Assembly: GCA_032117135.1 (NCBI GenBank)
Contig: JAULZV010000020.1
Location: 1-46,513, forward strand
Direction of reading: 5' to 3'
From: Minisyncoccota bacterium
GTDB taxonomy: Bacteria; Patescibacteriota; Minisyncoccia; Phycocordibacterales; JAACPR01
Length of the DNA stretch: 46,513 bases
Within the stretch, counting starts at the first letter, position 1. Every line of letters begins with the position of its first letter. Positions 17,198 through 26,188 of this stretch are shown here, one piece after another. The position numbers were made by a program, and so were the translations under genes. The notes under the pieces are model-generated. The model worked only from the letters and a program-made list of their open reading frames with translations, made no database searches and was not told the DNA's origin.

Positions 17198-19093
17198 TTA
17201 TTGAGTCGTCCCGTCTTCTTTTTTATCAACCTCAGTTGCTTCTGCTTCTTTAGCCTCTGGATTGCCTCCTGGTGCACTCTCTTGTTGAGAAGCTTGATAC
17301 ATCTTAGTTGAGACCTCATTAAGCACCTTGCTCAGTTCTTGGGTTGCTGAGTCGATGTCAGCAGCATTGTTAGATGCTACTTTTTCTTTAAGAGTTGCGA
17401 TTTTTTCAGTAAGAGATTTTTGTTCATCTTCTGAGATTTTATCTTTACTATCTGAAAGTAGTTTTTCAGTAGCGTAAATAGTTTGCTCCGCAACGTTTTT
17501 GTGATCAATCAATTTTCGCTTTTCTTCATCTTCTGCTTTGTGCGCTTCGGCATCTTTGGTCATGCGATCAATTTCGTCTTGAGAAAGTCCTGATGAAGCT
17601 TCGATTCGAATTGATTGTTCTTTGTTAGTTGCTTTATCTTTTGCGGAAACTTTGAGAATACCGTTCGCGTCGATATCAAAGATAACTTCAACTTGAGGAA
17701 TACCTCGTGGTGCAGGCGGGATACCATCGAGTACGAACCGACCCAAGGATTTGTTGTCCACAGCCTGTGCACGCTCTCCTTGCACAATATGAATTTCTAC
17801 CTGAGTTTGATTATCAGCAGCAGTCGAGAATACTTGTGACTTGCTTGCTGGAATTGTCGTATTCTTCTCAATAAGCTTTGTTGCAATACCTCCCATCGTC
17901 TCAATTCCAAGTGAAAGTGGGATAACATCGAGCAAAAGTACATCTTTTACATCTCCTTGCAAAATACCTCCTTGAATTGCCGCTCCTAGAGCTACTACTT
18001 CATCCGGATTAATTGATCTGTTCGGTTCTTTTCCTCCAAAGAATTCTTTTACCTTTAGACCAATAAGTGGCATTCGTGTTTGTCCTCCGACAAGAATAAT
18101 TTCATCAATATCTTCTTTTTTGAATGAAGAAGCTTCGAGCGCGCGCTTCATGATTTCGATCGAACGATTAACATACTCACTTGCGAGTTCTTCTAGTTTG
18201 GCTCGACTGAGTTTGAGTACGAGGTGCTCAGGTCCATTAGGTCCTGATGCAATAAACGGAATATTGATTTCGGTTTCGGTTGAAGTCGAAAGTTCGATTT
18301 TTGCTTTTTCCGATTCTTCATAGAGTCTTTGGAGAGCGAGTGGATCTTTGGCAAGATCAATAGCAGTTTGTTTTTTGAATTCATCAATAATCCATTGAAT
18401 TATTTTTTGATCAATGTCTTTACCTCCCATGTGAGAGTCACCGTCAGTAGATTTTACTTCGATAACATCATCCCCTACTTCAAGAACAGATACGTCGAGT
18501 GTTCCACCTCCAAAGTCGTACACTACGATCTTCTCGTCCTTTTTCTTATTAAATCCGTATGCTAAGGCAGCAGCTGTAGGCTCGTTAATAATTCGCTTTA
18601 CTTCAAGCCCCGCAATCTTGCCGGCATCTTTAGTAGATTGTCGTTGCGCATCATTAAAATACGCAGGTACAGTAATAATAGCCTCAGTTACTGTTTCGCC
18701 AATTCGAGCTTCGACATCAGCTTTTATTTTTGCAAGAATCATTGCAGAAATTTCTTCTGGACGATAATCCTTTCCTGACATCTCAACAATTACTCCTCCA
18801 TTGTCTGATTTCTTGATTTGATATGGGACGGTAAGTTTGTCCTTAGAAACTGATTCATCTTCAAATGAGTGTCCAATAAATCGCTTGATTCCAAAAATTG
18901 TATTTTGTGGATTAGTGACTGATTGTCGCTTTGCAGTTTGTCCAACAAGTCTCTCTCCGTTTTTGGAAATAGCTACCACAGAAGGCGTTGTTCGTGCCCC
19001 TTCTGCGTTTTCAATGATTCGTGGCTCTGATGCCTCGATAATTGCTACTGCTGAGTTAGTTGTTCCTAGATCGATTCCGATTATTTTTGCCAT
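17198..19093 (-). CDS. dnaK: molecular chaperone DnaK (Hsp70)
   Basis: [21 protein letters not shown] and VGGQTRMP signatures across a full-length 631-aa protein. Confidence 0.97.
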   Translation of the reverse strand: MAKIIGIDLGTTNSAVAIIEASEPRIIENAEGARTTPSVVAISKNGERLVGQTAKRQSVTNPQNTIFGIKRFIGHSFEDESVSKDKLTVPYQIKKSDNGGVIVEMSGKDYRPEEISAMILAKIKADVEARIGETVTEAIITVPAYFNDAQRQSTKDAGKIAGLEVKRIINEPTAAALAYGFNKKKDEKIVVYDFGGGTLDVSVLEVGDDVIEVKSTDGDSHMGGKDIDQKIIQWIIDEFKKQTAIDLAKDPLALQRLYEESEKAKIELSTSTETEINIPFIASGPNGPEHLVLKLSRAKLEELASEYVNRSIEIMKRALEASSFKKEDIDEIILVGGQTRMPLIGLKVKEFFGGKEPNRSINPDEVVALGAAIQGGILQGDVKDVLLLDVIPLSLGIETMGGIATKLIEKNTTIPASKSQVFSTAADNQTQVEIHIVQGERAQAVDNKSLGRFVLDGIPPAPRGIPQVEVIFDIDANGILKVSAKDKATNKEQSIRIEASSGLSQDEIDRMTKDAEAHKAEDEEKRKLIDHKNVAEQTIYATEKLLSDSKDKISEDEQKSLTEKIATLKEKVASNNAADIDSATQELSKVLNEVSTKMYQASQQESAPGGNPEAKEAEATEVDKKEDGTTQ

Positions 19094-19144
19094 AGTTTGT
19101 TATCGTTAATCTGCTAATTCTATTGTTCTGTGAGTATTCTAAAT

Positions 19145-19711
19145 TTATTTATCACTTTTGTAAACTTTCACCTGTGCTGCTCGTATTATACGCTTTGACG
19201 TCTTATATCCTTTCAAAATCACATGAGCAACTTTGTGATCCAGTGTCTCATCATCAGTCGAAACTTCTTCAAGAGCCTCGTGCATGTCTGGCGAAAATGT
19301 TTGATTAAGAGGATTTATTTCTTCAATACCATTTTCTTCGAGAACTTTTTTGAGTTGCATATGTATGTATTCAAATCCTGTAAGCCATTTTTGGAATGAA
19401 TCATCAAAGGTACCCTTAAGTGCCATCTCAAAACTATCGAGGACAGGAAGGAGTGATTCGACAAGTGAGACCGTTGCTTCTTCTCTGGCAAGACTATATA
19501 CCGAATCATTATTTTTTTTGTAGTTGATAAAATCAGCTTGTGCTCTTTGCCAACCTTGGAGGTATTCTTCTTTATCGGCCTGAGACTGATCAAGTTTCTT
19601 TTTCAGTGCGTCTATTTTATCTTGATACTTGTCCCCTATGTGCGAATCTTCACTAAATTCTTCTTCAATCACAATATCCTCACCGATATCAGTGTCTGTT
19701 TTTTTGTTCAT
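19145..19711 (-). CDS. grpE: nucleotide exchange factor GrpE
   Basis: Coiled-coil N-terminus, then RAQADFINYKKN and a C-terminal beta domain (VLKGYK..RIIRAAQV). Lies upstream of dnaK. Confidence 0.9.
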   Translation of the reverse strand: MNKKTDTDIGEDIVIEEEFSEDSHIGDKYQDKIDALKKKLDQSQADKEEYLQGWQRAQADFINYKKNNDSVYSLAREEATVSLVESLLPVLDSFEMALKGTFDDSFQKWLTGFEYIHMQLKKVLEENGIEEINPLNQTFSPDMHEALEEVSTDDETLDHKVAHVILKGYKTSKRIIRAAQVKVYKSDK

Positions 19712-19738
19712 AAAAATTGCGGTTAAAACTAATAAAGT

Positions 19739-20146
19739 TTATCGCTTGCTCCACTGAGCAGATTTTCGAGCTTTCTTGAGACCGAATTTTCTTCGTTCTT
19801 TGGCTCGAGGATCTCGCTTAAGGAATCCTTTCTTTTTGAGTTCTTTTCGCTTTTCTTCATCCATTTTGACAATAGCTCGAGAAATACCGAGTCTAATACT
19901 TTCTGCTTGAGACGAAATACCCCCTCCGTGTACTTTAGCAACAACTTCGTATCCTTTTGGAAGTTCTGATCCAAGAAGAGCTTCTGAAGCAACTGATTGG
20001 AGATGTTCAGTTTTGAAAAATTCAGCAACTGGCTTATCGTTGACTGTAATTGAGTTATTTTTAGATTCAAACAATCGAACTCGCGCAATCGCTTCTTTTC
20101 GACGTCCAATAGACTCTATGTATTTTTCTGCTTTCTTTGTTGCCAT
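19739..20146 (-). CDS. rpsI: 30S ribosomal protein S9
   Basis: GRRKEAIARV...GGGISSQAESIRLGISRA...RDPRAKERRKFGLKKARKSAQWSKR. Confidence 0.95.
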   Translation of the reverse strand: MATKKAEKYIESIGRRKEAIARVRLFESKNNSITVNDKPVAEFFKTEHLQSVASEALLGSELPKGYEVVAKVHGGGISSQAESIRLGISRAIVKMDEEKRKELKKKGFLKRDPRAKERRKFGLKKARKSAQWSKR

Positions 20147-20150
20147 ATAC

Positions 20151-20492
20151 TTATTCGGTAATTTTTAGTTTTTTAATCATCTCTGCTCGAAGTCGATTTT
20201 TTGGGAGCATTCCCATAATTGCTTTTCGATATACTTCAGAAACACCACGCTTAGTGATCACTTCATCCATAGTTCGAGATTTGAGCCCAGAAGGATATCC
20301 TGTGAACCATTTGTATTCTTTTTGATCTTTCTTTTTTTCTGAGATATCTGCTTTTGAAGCATTGATAATATGAACACCCTCAGTAATCACTTTGTTTGTT
20401 ACATACAATGGAGAATCTTTGCCCATCAAAATAGTAGCTGCTTCTTGCGCGATTCGTCCGATCTTTTTGTTTGTTGCGTCAATTGTTTTCAT
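20151..20492 (-). CDS. rplM: 50S ribosomal protein L13 (short form, 113 aa)
   Basis: IDATNKKIGRIAQEAATILMGK and GMLPKN..R motifs. Shortened at both ends compared with the roughly 142-aa E. coli protein. Confidence 0.9.
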   Translation of the reverse strand: MKTIDATNKKIGRIAQEAATILMGKDSPLYVTNKVITEGVHIINASKADISEKKKDQKEYKWFTGYPSGLKSRTMDEVITKRGVSEVYRKAIMGMLPKNRLRAEMIKKLKITE

Positions 20493-20503
20493 GGTTGTGA
20501 TTA

Positions 20504-20854
20504 TTAAGCTACGAATTCGATGTAAGCCATTTTGCTTCCATCACTCTTTCGAGGTTCCATTTTGATAATTCGAGTGTACCCACCTGCTCGATCTTGCATA
20601 GTCGCAGCAATAGATTCAAGTTCTCGAGCCACATCAAAACTCCCTGTTTGAGATTGAATAGTTCGCTTTGTGTGCAAATCACTATTCTTTGACTTAGTTA
20701 CTAGTTTTTCGATTTGTGGTCGTAATTCTTTTGCTTTTGCCTCAGTTGTTACGATTCTTTTATATTTTACAAGACTGTACACCAAACCATTCATCAGTGC
20801 GTTTCGCTGATTTTTTGTCCGTCCGAATTTTCTGTTTTTGTTATGGTGTCTCAT
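20504..20854 (-). CDS. rplQ: 50S ribosomal protein L17
   Basis: MRHHNKNRKFGRTKNQRNALMNGLV....I.TTEAKAKELRP, typical of L17. Confidence 0.95.
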   Translation of the reverse strand: MRHHNKNRKFGRTKNQRNALMNGLVYSLVKYKRIVTTEAKAKELRPQIEKLVTKSKNSDLHTKRTIQSQTGSFDVARELESIAATMQDRAGGYTRIIKMEPRKSDGSKMAYIEFVA

Positions 20855-20894
20855 GGCCTTATAGATTAATATAATTTAGATAATTTGTAAAGAA

Positions 20895-21848
20895 TTAATC
20901 TTTCAATTCAATACCGTGTTTTGATAACAATTCTTTGATTTCTTCCAAGCCTTTGTTGCCAAAACCTTCGATCTCAAGAATATCTCCACTCTTTTTTCGA
21001 GCAAGACCTCCAACTGTTCGAATATTAGCATTTGAAAGCGCATTGATTGTTCGTGAAGAGAGTTCAAGATCTTCGATTCGAGTCTTTAGAAAATCTTCAA
21101 CATCAACTTCTTCAGTAGCCTCAACTACTTGTGGAGTAAATGTAGGGATTTCGACTTCTTCTTTGAATCCAACGATTGCCTTAAGTTGAGTGATCATTGT
21201 CAAAATTGAGCTCTCGAGTGCTTCTTTTGGAGTGATTGTTCCATCTGTTTCAATGGTAATTCGAAGTCGATTGTAATCTGTTCGATCACCAACTCGCATG
21301 TTTTCAGATTCGTAGTTTACTCGTCTGATTGGAGTAAAGATTGCATCAAGAGCAATTGTACCAACTTCTACCTTATCTTTATGTAGAAGTTCTTTTGGAA
21401 TAAAACCAATACCATTTTCAATTTTGAGCTCAATATTGACTTCAGTTTTGGTTGTGACTTCAAAAAGATACTGATCCTTGTTCACAATTTCGATTTGAGA
21501 GGGTGTTGAAATATCAGCTGCGGTCACTTTCTTTGGTCCTTTTACATTAAGTGAAATTCGAAGTGCTTCTTGATTTTGCATCGAAAGTCGGATTTTCTTA
21601 AGGTTAAGAATGATAGAGATTACATCTTCTTTTACTCCTTCAATAGTTGAAAACTCGTGTCCTACTCCAGCAATTTTTACTTCAGTAATAGCAGTTCCAG
21701 GAAGTGAAGAGAGGATAATTCTTCGTAGAGAGTTTCCGAGCGTGTGTCCATACCCTGGGTACAAACCATCAATTTCGTAGATACCTTTGAAGTTTTCCTC
21801 AGATACGATCTTTGGCTTTGATGGAATTGCGATGTTGTTGTCAATCAT
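20895..21848 (-). CDS. rpoA: DNA-directed RNA polymerase subunit alpha
   Basis: GYGHTLGNSLRRILLSSLPG N-terminal domain and a C-terminal HhH domain (ELSSRTINALSNANIRTVGGL). Confidence 0.95.
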   Translation of the reverse strand: MIDNNIAIPSKPKIVSEENFKGIYEIDGLYPGYGHTLGNSLRRIILSSLPGTAITEVKIAGVGHEFSTIEGVKEDVISIILNLKKIRLSMQNQEALRISLNVKGPKKVTAADISTPSQIEIVNKDQYLFEVTTKTEVNIELKIENGIGFIPKELLHKDKVEVGTIALDAIFTPIRRVNYESENMRVGDRTDYNRLRITIETDGTITPKEALESSILTMITQLKAIVGFKEEVEIPTFTPQVVEATEEVDVEDFLKTRIEDLELSSRTINALSNANIRTVGGLARKKSGDILEIEGFGNKGLEEIKELLSKHGIELKD

Positions 21849-21864
21849 AAATATATTAATTAAA

Positions 21865-22473
21865 TTATCGTTTGTAATATTCCATTACTGAGTTCAGATC
21901 AAAATGCAATTCTGTAGGACTGAATACGGCTTCTCCCGTAATTTCTAGAGAGAGGTCTTGAGCGTTCACTTTAAGAAATGAAGGTGTAGTAGTCTCTGCT
22001 AGATTAGTTTGCACTTCAGCAAAAAGTCTTTTTGATTTGCTTCCTTCTCGAATAGCGACTACATCACCTTTTTTAAGGATATATGATGGAATATTGATAC
22101 GAGTTCCATTCACTGTAAAGTGACCATGTGAGACGGCTTGCCGTGCTTGAAGTCGAGTTTTGACAAAACCAGCACGAAGTACTGCATTGTCCACTCGGCT
22201 TTCGAGTGTCTTGTAGAGATAGTCAGCTTGGTTTGATTTTGAAAGGTCAATTACACGCTTTACATAGTTTTTAAGTTGTTTTTCGGTGATGCAATAGGTA
22301 AATCGAACCTTTTGTTTTTCAATAAGTTGCTGACCGAATACTGAACCTGGTCGCTTTGGGCGTGTAGTTTTTTGTTTCTTCTGTTCATTTAAAGAAAACT
22401 TAGCTGTTTGTGTTTTTTCAAACACAGCAGCTCCAAGTCTTCGTGCAATTTTATATTTTGGTCCAATTTTCAT
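21865..22473 (-). CDS. rpsD: 30S ribosomal protein S4
   Basis: GPKYKIARRLG N-terminus and an S4 RNA-binding domain (LESRVDNAVLRAGF..TR.QARQ.V.HGH..VNG). Confidence 0.95.
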   Translation of the reverse strand: MKIGPKYKIARRLGAAVFEKTQTAKFSLNEQKKQKTTRPKRPGSVFGQQLIEKQKVRFTYCITEKQLKNYVKRVIDLSKSNQADYLYKTLESRVDNAVLRAGFVKTRLQARQAVSHGHFTVNGTRINIPSYILKKGDVVAIREGSKSKRLFAEVQTNLAETTTPSFLKVNAQDLSLEITGEAVFSPTELHFDLNSVMEYYKR

Positions 22474-22504
22474 AACTCAATCTTTTTATAATTATTAATA
22501 TTGA

Positions 22505-22933
22505 TTACACTCGTCTCGGCTTAGGAGCCTTAGGTCCATTGTGAGGAACAGGAGTTTGATCCTTGATAGATTTGATGAGAATACCTTTAGAGATAAAACC
22601 TCGAATCGAAGCTTCACGTCCAGAACCAACACCTTTCACAATAACATCAATCTCTTTAACTCCCATTTTTTCAGCTTTTTCAGCGAGCTCTTCGGCAGCT
22701 TTTGAAGCTGCAAAAGGAGTACCTTTTTTGGCCCCTTTGAAACCAAGTGCTCCTGATGAAGATGAAATAATAGCGTTACCTTTTGAATCAGTTAGAAGAA
22801 TCTTAGTGTTATTGAATGTTGATTGAACATACAAAATTCCTGAATCGAGTTTTTTTCGTGGAAGTTTTTTGACCGCTCCACCTTTTGATGAAGAATCACT
22901 TCCTCCTTTTTTTACAATTCGCTTTTTTCCCAT
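22505..22933 (-). CDS. rpsK: 30S ribosomal protein S11
   Basis: GILYVQSTFNNTKILLTDSKGN......GFKGAKKGTPFAA....V.VKG.G.GRE...R...D.TP.PHNG. Confidence 0.95.
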   Translation of the reverse strand: MGKKRIVKKGGSDSSSKGGAVKKLPRKKLDSGILYVQSTFNNTKILLTDSKGNAIISSSSGALGFKGAKKGTPFAASKAAEELAEKAEKMGVKEIDVIVKGVGSGREASIRGFISKGILIKSIKDQTPVPHNGPKAPKPRRV

Positions 22934-22942
22934 GATATTATG

Positions 22943-23323
22943 TTATTTCTTTTCTACAGAGCGTCGTCCAGAACCCATGGTCTTTCGAACGTTACCTCGA
23001 ACTGTTCGCGAGTTAGTCTTTGTGCGTTGCCCTCTTACTGGTAATTTTTTGTTGTGTCGTGATCCTGCGTATGAACCAATATCTTTCATTCGCTTAATAT
23101 TTGCTGAAACTTCTCGCTTTAATTCTCCTTCAATTTTTAATTTTTCGATAATTTCTCGAATCTTGTTTTCGTCGTCAGCTGATAGCTCACTTGATTTTGC
23201 TGTTGATGCGATCCCTATATTAGAAAGGATAGTCTTGGCTCGTGATCGGCCAATACCATAAATCGCAGTCAGAGCGAACTCGAGTTGCTTGTCATCTGGA
23301 ATTGTTATACCTTGTATTCTCAT
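22943..23323 (-). CDS. rpsM: 30S ribosomal protein S13
   Basis: MRIQGITIPDDKQLEFALTAIYGIGRSRA......YAGSRH...LPVRGQRTKTNSRT. Confidence 0.95.
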   Translation of the reverse strand: MRIQGITIPDDKQLEFALTAIYGIGRSRAKTILSNIGIASTAKSSELSADDENKIREIIEKLKIEGELKREVSANIKRMKDIGSYAGSRHNKKLPVRGQRTKTNSRTVRGNVRKTMGSGRRSVEKK

Positions 23324-23373
23324 TTTTGTTAGAAACGTAGTGTATCAAAAGAAATAATGTTTGTAAAGGCGAA

Positions 23374-23583
23374 TTAGAGCCTTTTGACAATACGAGCTTT
23401 ACCTCCGTATGGATCTTCGAGAATTTCGACCGTATCCCCTACTAATACGCGAATTTTGTGCATTCGCATTTTGCCTGAAAGATACGCGATTGTCTCTCGT
23501 TCTTTGTTAACAAGTACTCGAAATAATGTATTGGGCATTGTTTCAATTACTGTTCCTTTTACTGTATCTTCTTTACTTTGCAT
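23374..23583 (-). CDS. infA: translation initiation factor IF-1
   Basis: GTVIETMPNTLFRV......YLSGKMRMHKIRVLVGD.V S1-like domain, 69 aa. Confidence 0.95.
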   Translation of the reverse strand: MQSKEDTVKGTVIETMPNTLFRVLVNKERETIAYLSGKMRMHKIRVLVGDTVEILEDPYGGKARIVKRL

Positions 23584-23588
23584 GGCTT

Positions 23589-23597
23589 TTTATATCA
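23589..23597 (-). promoter_or_regulatory. extended -10 (TGATATAAA), N5 before infA ATG 23583
   Basis: The minus strand reads TGATATAAA-AAGCC-ATG. Confidence 0.45.
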
Positions 23598-23618
23598 ATT
23601 TTTGAGGATAATGTCAAT

Positions 23619-25046
23619 TTACCCTGCCACTTCAACATTTATTTTAGTTACATCAGATGGGAAACGAGTTTTCCAGAATGGCTTAAGTATAATATCAGTC
23701 TTTTGGATAGAGTCATAAGAATTGATAATATCAACTACTTCACTTTTCTTTTTGCCTGCTATTGCCTTTTTGAAGGCTTCCACATCAGTTGTCCAAGTAA
23801 TATGAGTTGAACCGGCAATACTAATCTCATCTTCTGCAAGTGTGTATGTCAGAGCTTCTGGTTTAAGAGTAAATGAATTAGAAGCAGTAACTCCTACGAT
23901 AGTATTTTGACCAATATAGTCCATAAATGCCTGTTTTTCAAAAGCATAGGCCGGCGCAGTTGCTGTTAATGTGAGCGTAATAAAATCTCCGGATACAACA
24001 TCCATCAACTCTCCGAAGGTAATATTTTGAATATCAGCGATGATAATTTGGGATTCATTAATTTGAGGCGCATCAGTGAATTTGGCGCTTAACTGAGCTT
24101 CTAGTGTTTCTTGTGCTTCTTCTTGAGCTTCTTCTGAAACTACTTTCTTGATACCGATGTATCCACCCGTCATTTCTGTAACAGACTCTGCAGTAATCTT
24201 GGTAAATTGATCCATTCCACTAAAACCGGGGATAGTAAATGTGGTTTTGCCAATATTATATTCTTCACCTGCACTATCTGCATATACATCAACCTCAAGT
24301 GTACCAGGTCCTGAAGCTGTATATCCTGGAATGGAAACGGATTCTTTGATTCGGTAAATGAGACCTTGTGAGGTTTGGAAACGTGTATTTTTTACAAGTT
24401 CCTGAGGTTCTTGTGCGTGTGTGTTGATAATCTTAATTCGGCCCATTGCCTGCTGTTCAACTTGTTGCTCAGAAGTTGCTGGCACTGTAATAGAGGCTGT
24501 TTGAGTGACTTGAGTAGAAACAGCTATTGTTGTTGAGGCTACAGTTGAAATACTTACATTAACATCATGAGAACTTTGTTTTGGATACATAACAACAGTC
24601 GCTTGTGATTGAGAGAACAAAAATCCTCCAGCAAGGATAAGTATAATGAAGAAAAAAAGAAGAGTTTTTTTCAAAAAACCTCCTCCCGTAGGTTTTTTGG
24701 TTGAAAAAATAGAAGCTGTTGAGAGAGGTTGTTTATATACGTCATCTGAATCCAAAGTATTGTTGTATCCAGTTGTATGAAATTGCTGAGGATTAAAAAC
24801 TTGTTCTTTATCTTGTGTTACGGGAGCTGTATATGAAGGATTTTGAAATGCTGCATGAGTAATCTCTGGAGCACTTCTTGTAGGCATATCTGAAGATATT
24901 TTTTCTGGAGCTGATTGAATAGGTTGAGCAGGTTCATAAGATGAAACATCTTTATGTTTGGGTACACCTCGCTTAGGAAGTGGTATATCTCTAATGGAAC
25001 GCTTGTGGTTTGGAGGTATAACGTCTTGAAGAAAATTCTTTTTCAT
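23619..25046 (-). CDS. single-pass membrane protein with large extracytoplasmic domain, hypothetical
   Basis: About 125 aa of low-complexity cytoplasmic N-terminus beginning MKKNFLQDVIPPNHKRSIRDIPLP, one TM helix (LLFFFIILILAGGFLF), and a roughly 330-aa beta-rich ectodomain. No family recognised with confidence. Confidence 0.65.
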   Translation of the reverse strand: MKKNFLQDVIPPNHKRSIRDIPLPKRGVPKHKDVSSYEPAQPIQSAPEKISSDMPTRSAPEITHAAFQNPSYTAPVTQDKEQVFNPQQFHTTGYNNTLDSDDVYKQPLSTASIFSTKKPTGGGFLKKTLLFFFIILILAGGFLFSQSQATVVMYPKQSSHDVNVSISTVASTTIAVSTQVTQTASITVPATSEQQVEQQAMGRIKIINTHAQEPQELVKNTRFQTSQGLIYRIKESVSIPGYTASGPGTLEVDVYADSAGEEYNIGKTTFTIPGFSGMDQFTKITAESVTEMTGGYIGIKKVVSEEAQEEAQETLEAQLSAKFTDAPQINESQIIIADIQNITFGELMDVVSGDFITLTLTATAPAYAFEKQAFMDYIGQNTIVGVTASNSFTLKPEALTYTLAEDEISIAGSTHITWTTDVEAFKKAIAGKKKSEVVDIINSYDSIQKTDIILKPFWKTRFPSDVTKINVEVAG

Positions 25047-25058
25047 AATATGTAAATC

Positions 25059-26165
25059 CTAATTTTTGATTAATGCTTCTAATTGTAAATCCAACTCTTG
25101 TGCGTAAGTTGGTAATGTATATGAAATTATATCTTTTAAAGCAGATATATCAAAATTAATTATCCTATAGTGAGTTGCTCCAACTTGAGCGTCTCCTTTA
25201 AGTTTGGCAACAATAAGATCAGTGAAAAAATTCTCTGTCTTAGAATCACTAATTATCAACATTTTACTTGGAAAATCTTTTCTGAAGGCTCGGAGTGAAT
25301 CGAAGGCCATCTGTGACCATTGATCCTTGAGTGTATCGAACATTTTTTGTTGTGAATCTGATTTGAGATGGATTTCTTTTTTGTACAACATATCATAATC
25401 ATACGTACGAACAGTATTATCTATTTGTCTTAAAAAATCATGCTTACCAATAGGATATGTTGCATAGTATGACAATGTATCATCTTCAATAACTCCGACT
25501 TCGGTAATTTCACCTCCCACATATAAGAAAGTGACATTATCTTCATGAGCAAGATGTGTCTTGATCTGATTAAAAATCATCATGGGACTTGTGGTGAATT
25601 GTATTTTTTTTACCATAGGTACAGCATCTTTGATGGTTTCAACAAGTTGCGAATGGATAACATGAGCCATATAACTTGAATAAACACTGATTGCCACATT
25701 GGTAAATTTTTCTTTTGCCAGTTGAGTTATGGTGTATCCATTAGTAAGTATTTTGATAACTTTTTTTTCGAGAGGTACAAGACCTTGAGGTATCTGAATA
25801 GTTTTAAGTTGATCAACAAGAAATTTTTCACTCAATACAATGGGACCCTTATGCATAAGTGGAGTAATTCTTGAAGTAAACCAAGGTGTATAAAGCACTA
25901 CTCGCGTGTGAGTTAGCTTACCATTGCATTTTTGATGCATTTCTTTGCACATAGCTTTCAGAAAAAGAGAGAGTTCTTGAAGACATTGTGTTGTATATTG
26001 TTGCGGATCTTGAGAATTTTTAAGTACAAGGATCCTGCGCTCAGCAAAGACAACTTCTTTTTTACCTACATGAGAAGTTGATATGAGTTGCACATCAAGT
26101 GATGAACTCTTGAGAGCGATTGAGAGAGTGTATGATGATGTCGTACGAGAACCAAAAAATGACAT
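25059..26165 (-). CDS. PilM/FtsA-like actin-fold (ASKHA) protein with degenerate nucleotide-binding motifs
   Basis: YTLSIALKSSSLDVQLI aligns with the phosphate-1 pattern GLDIGsssiK. FLYVGGEITEVGVIEDDTLSYYATYPIGKHDF aligns with the phosphate-2/adenosine pattern DIGgGtTD..v...G......IP.GG..F. The conserved Asp residues are replaced. That this is a CDS is much more certain than the family call. Confidence 0.5.
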   Translation of the reverse strand: MSFFGSRTTSSYTLSIALKSSSLDVQLISTSHVGKKEVVFAERRILVLKNSQDPQQYTTQCLQELSLFLKAMCKEMHQKCNGKLTHTRVVLYTPWFTSRITPLMHKGPIVLSEKFLVDQLKTIQIPQGLVPLEKKVIKILTNGYTITQLAKEKFTNVAISVYSSYMAHVIHSQLVETIKDAVPMVKKIQFTTSPMMIFNQIKTHLAHEDNVTFLYVGGEITEVGVIEDDTLSYYATYPIGKHDFLRQIDNTVRTYDYDMLYKKEIHLKSDSQQKMFDTLKDQWSQMAFDSLRAFRKDFPSKMLIISDSKTENFFTDLIVAKLKGDAQVGATHYRIINFDISALKDIISYTLPTYAQELDLQLEALIKN

Positions 26166-26171
26166 GCTCTA

Positions 26172-26180
26172 AGTATACCA
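26172..26180 (-). promoter_or_regulatory. extended -10 (TGGTATACT), N6 before ATG 26165
   Basis: The minus strand reads TGGTATACT-TAGAGC-ATG, the same -10/spacer/start string as at tspO. Confidence 0.5.
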
Positions 26181-26188
26181 CTCTTGTT

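Noticed and set aside
19094-19738. CIRCE/HrcA operator upstream of grpE or dnaK
   Set aside because: There is no TTAGCACTC-N9-GAGTGCTAA-like inverted repeat in either short spacer.
22869-23261. Antisense or overlapping track ORFs inside conserved genes. Examples are 22869-23261, 22563-22826, 37642-38025, 39600-40091, 40159-40569, 41050-41526, 28186-28572, 30164-30730, 44988-45374 and 42669-43088.
   Set aside because: Each lies opposite a gene with strong family motifs, has no motif of its own, and has the biased composition typical of antisense frames.
23324-23373. rpmJ (L36) in its usual slot between infA and rpsM
   Set aside because: The gap is only 50 nt and contains no ORF. The gene is simply not here.
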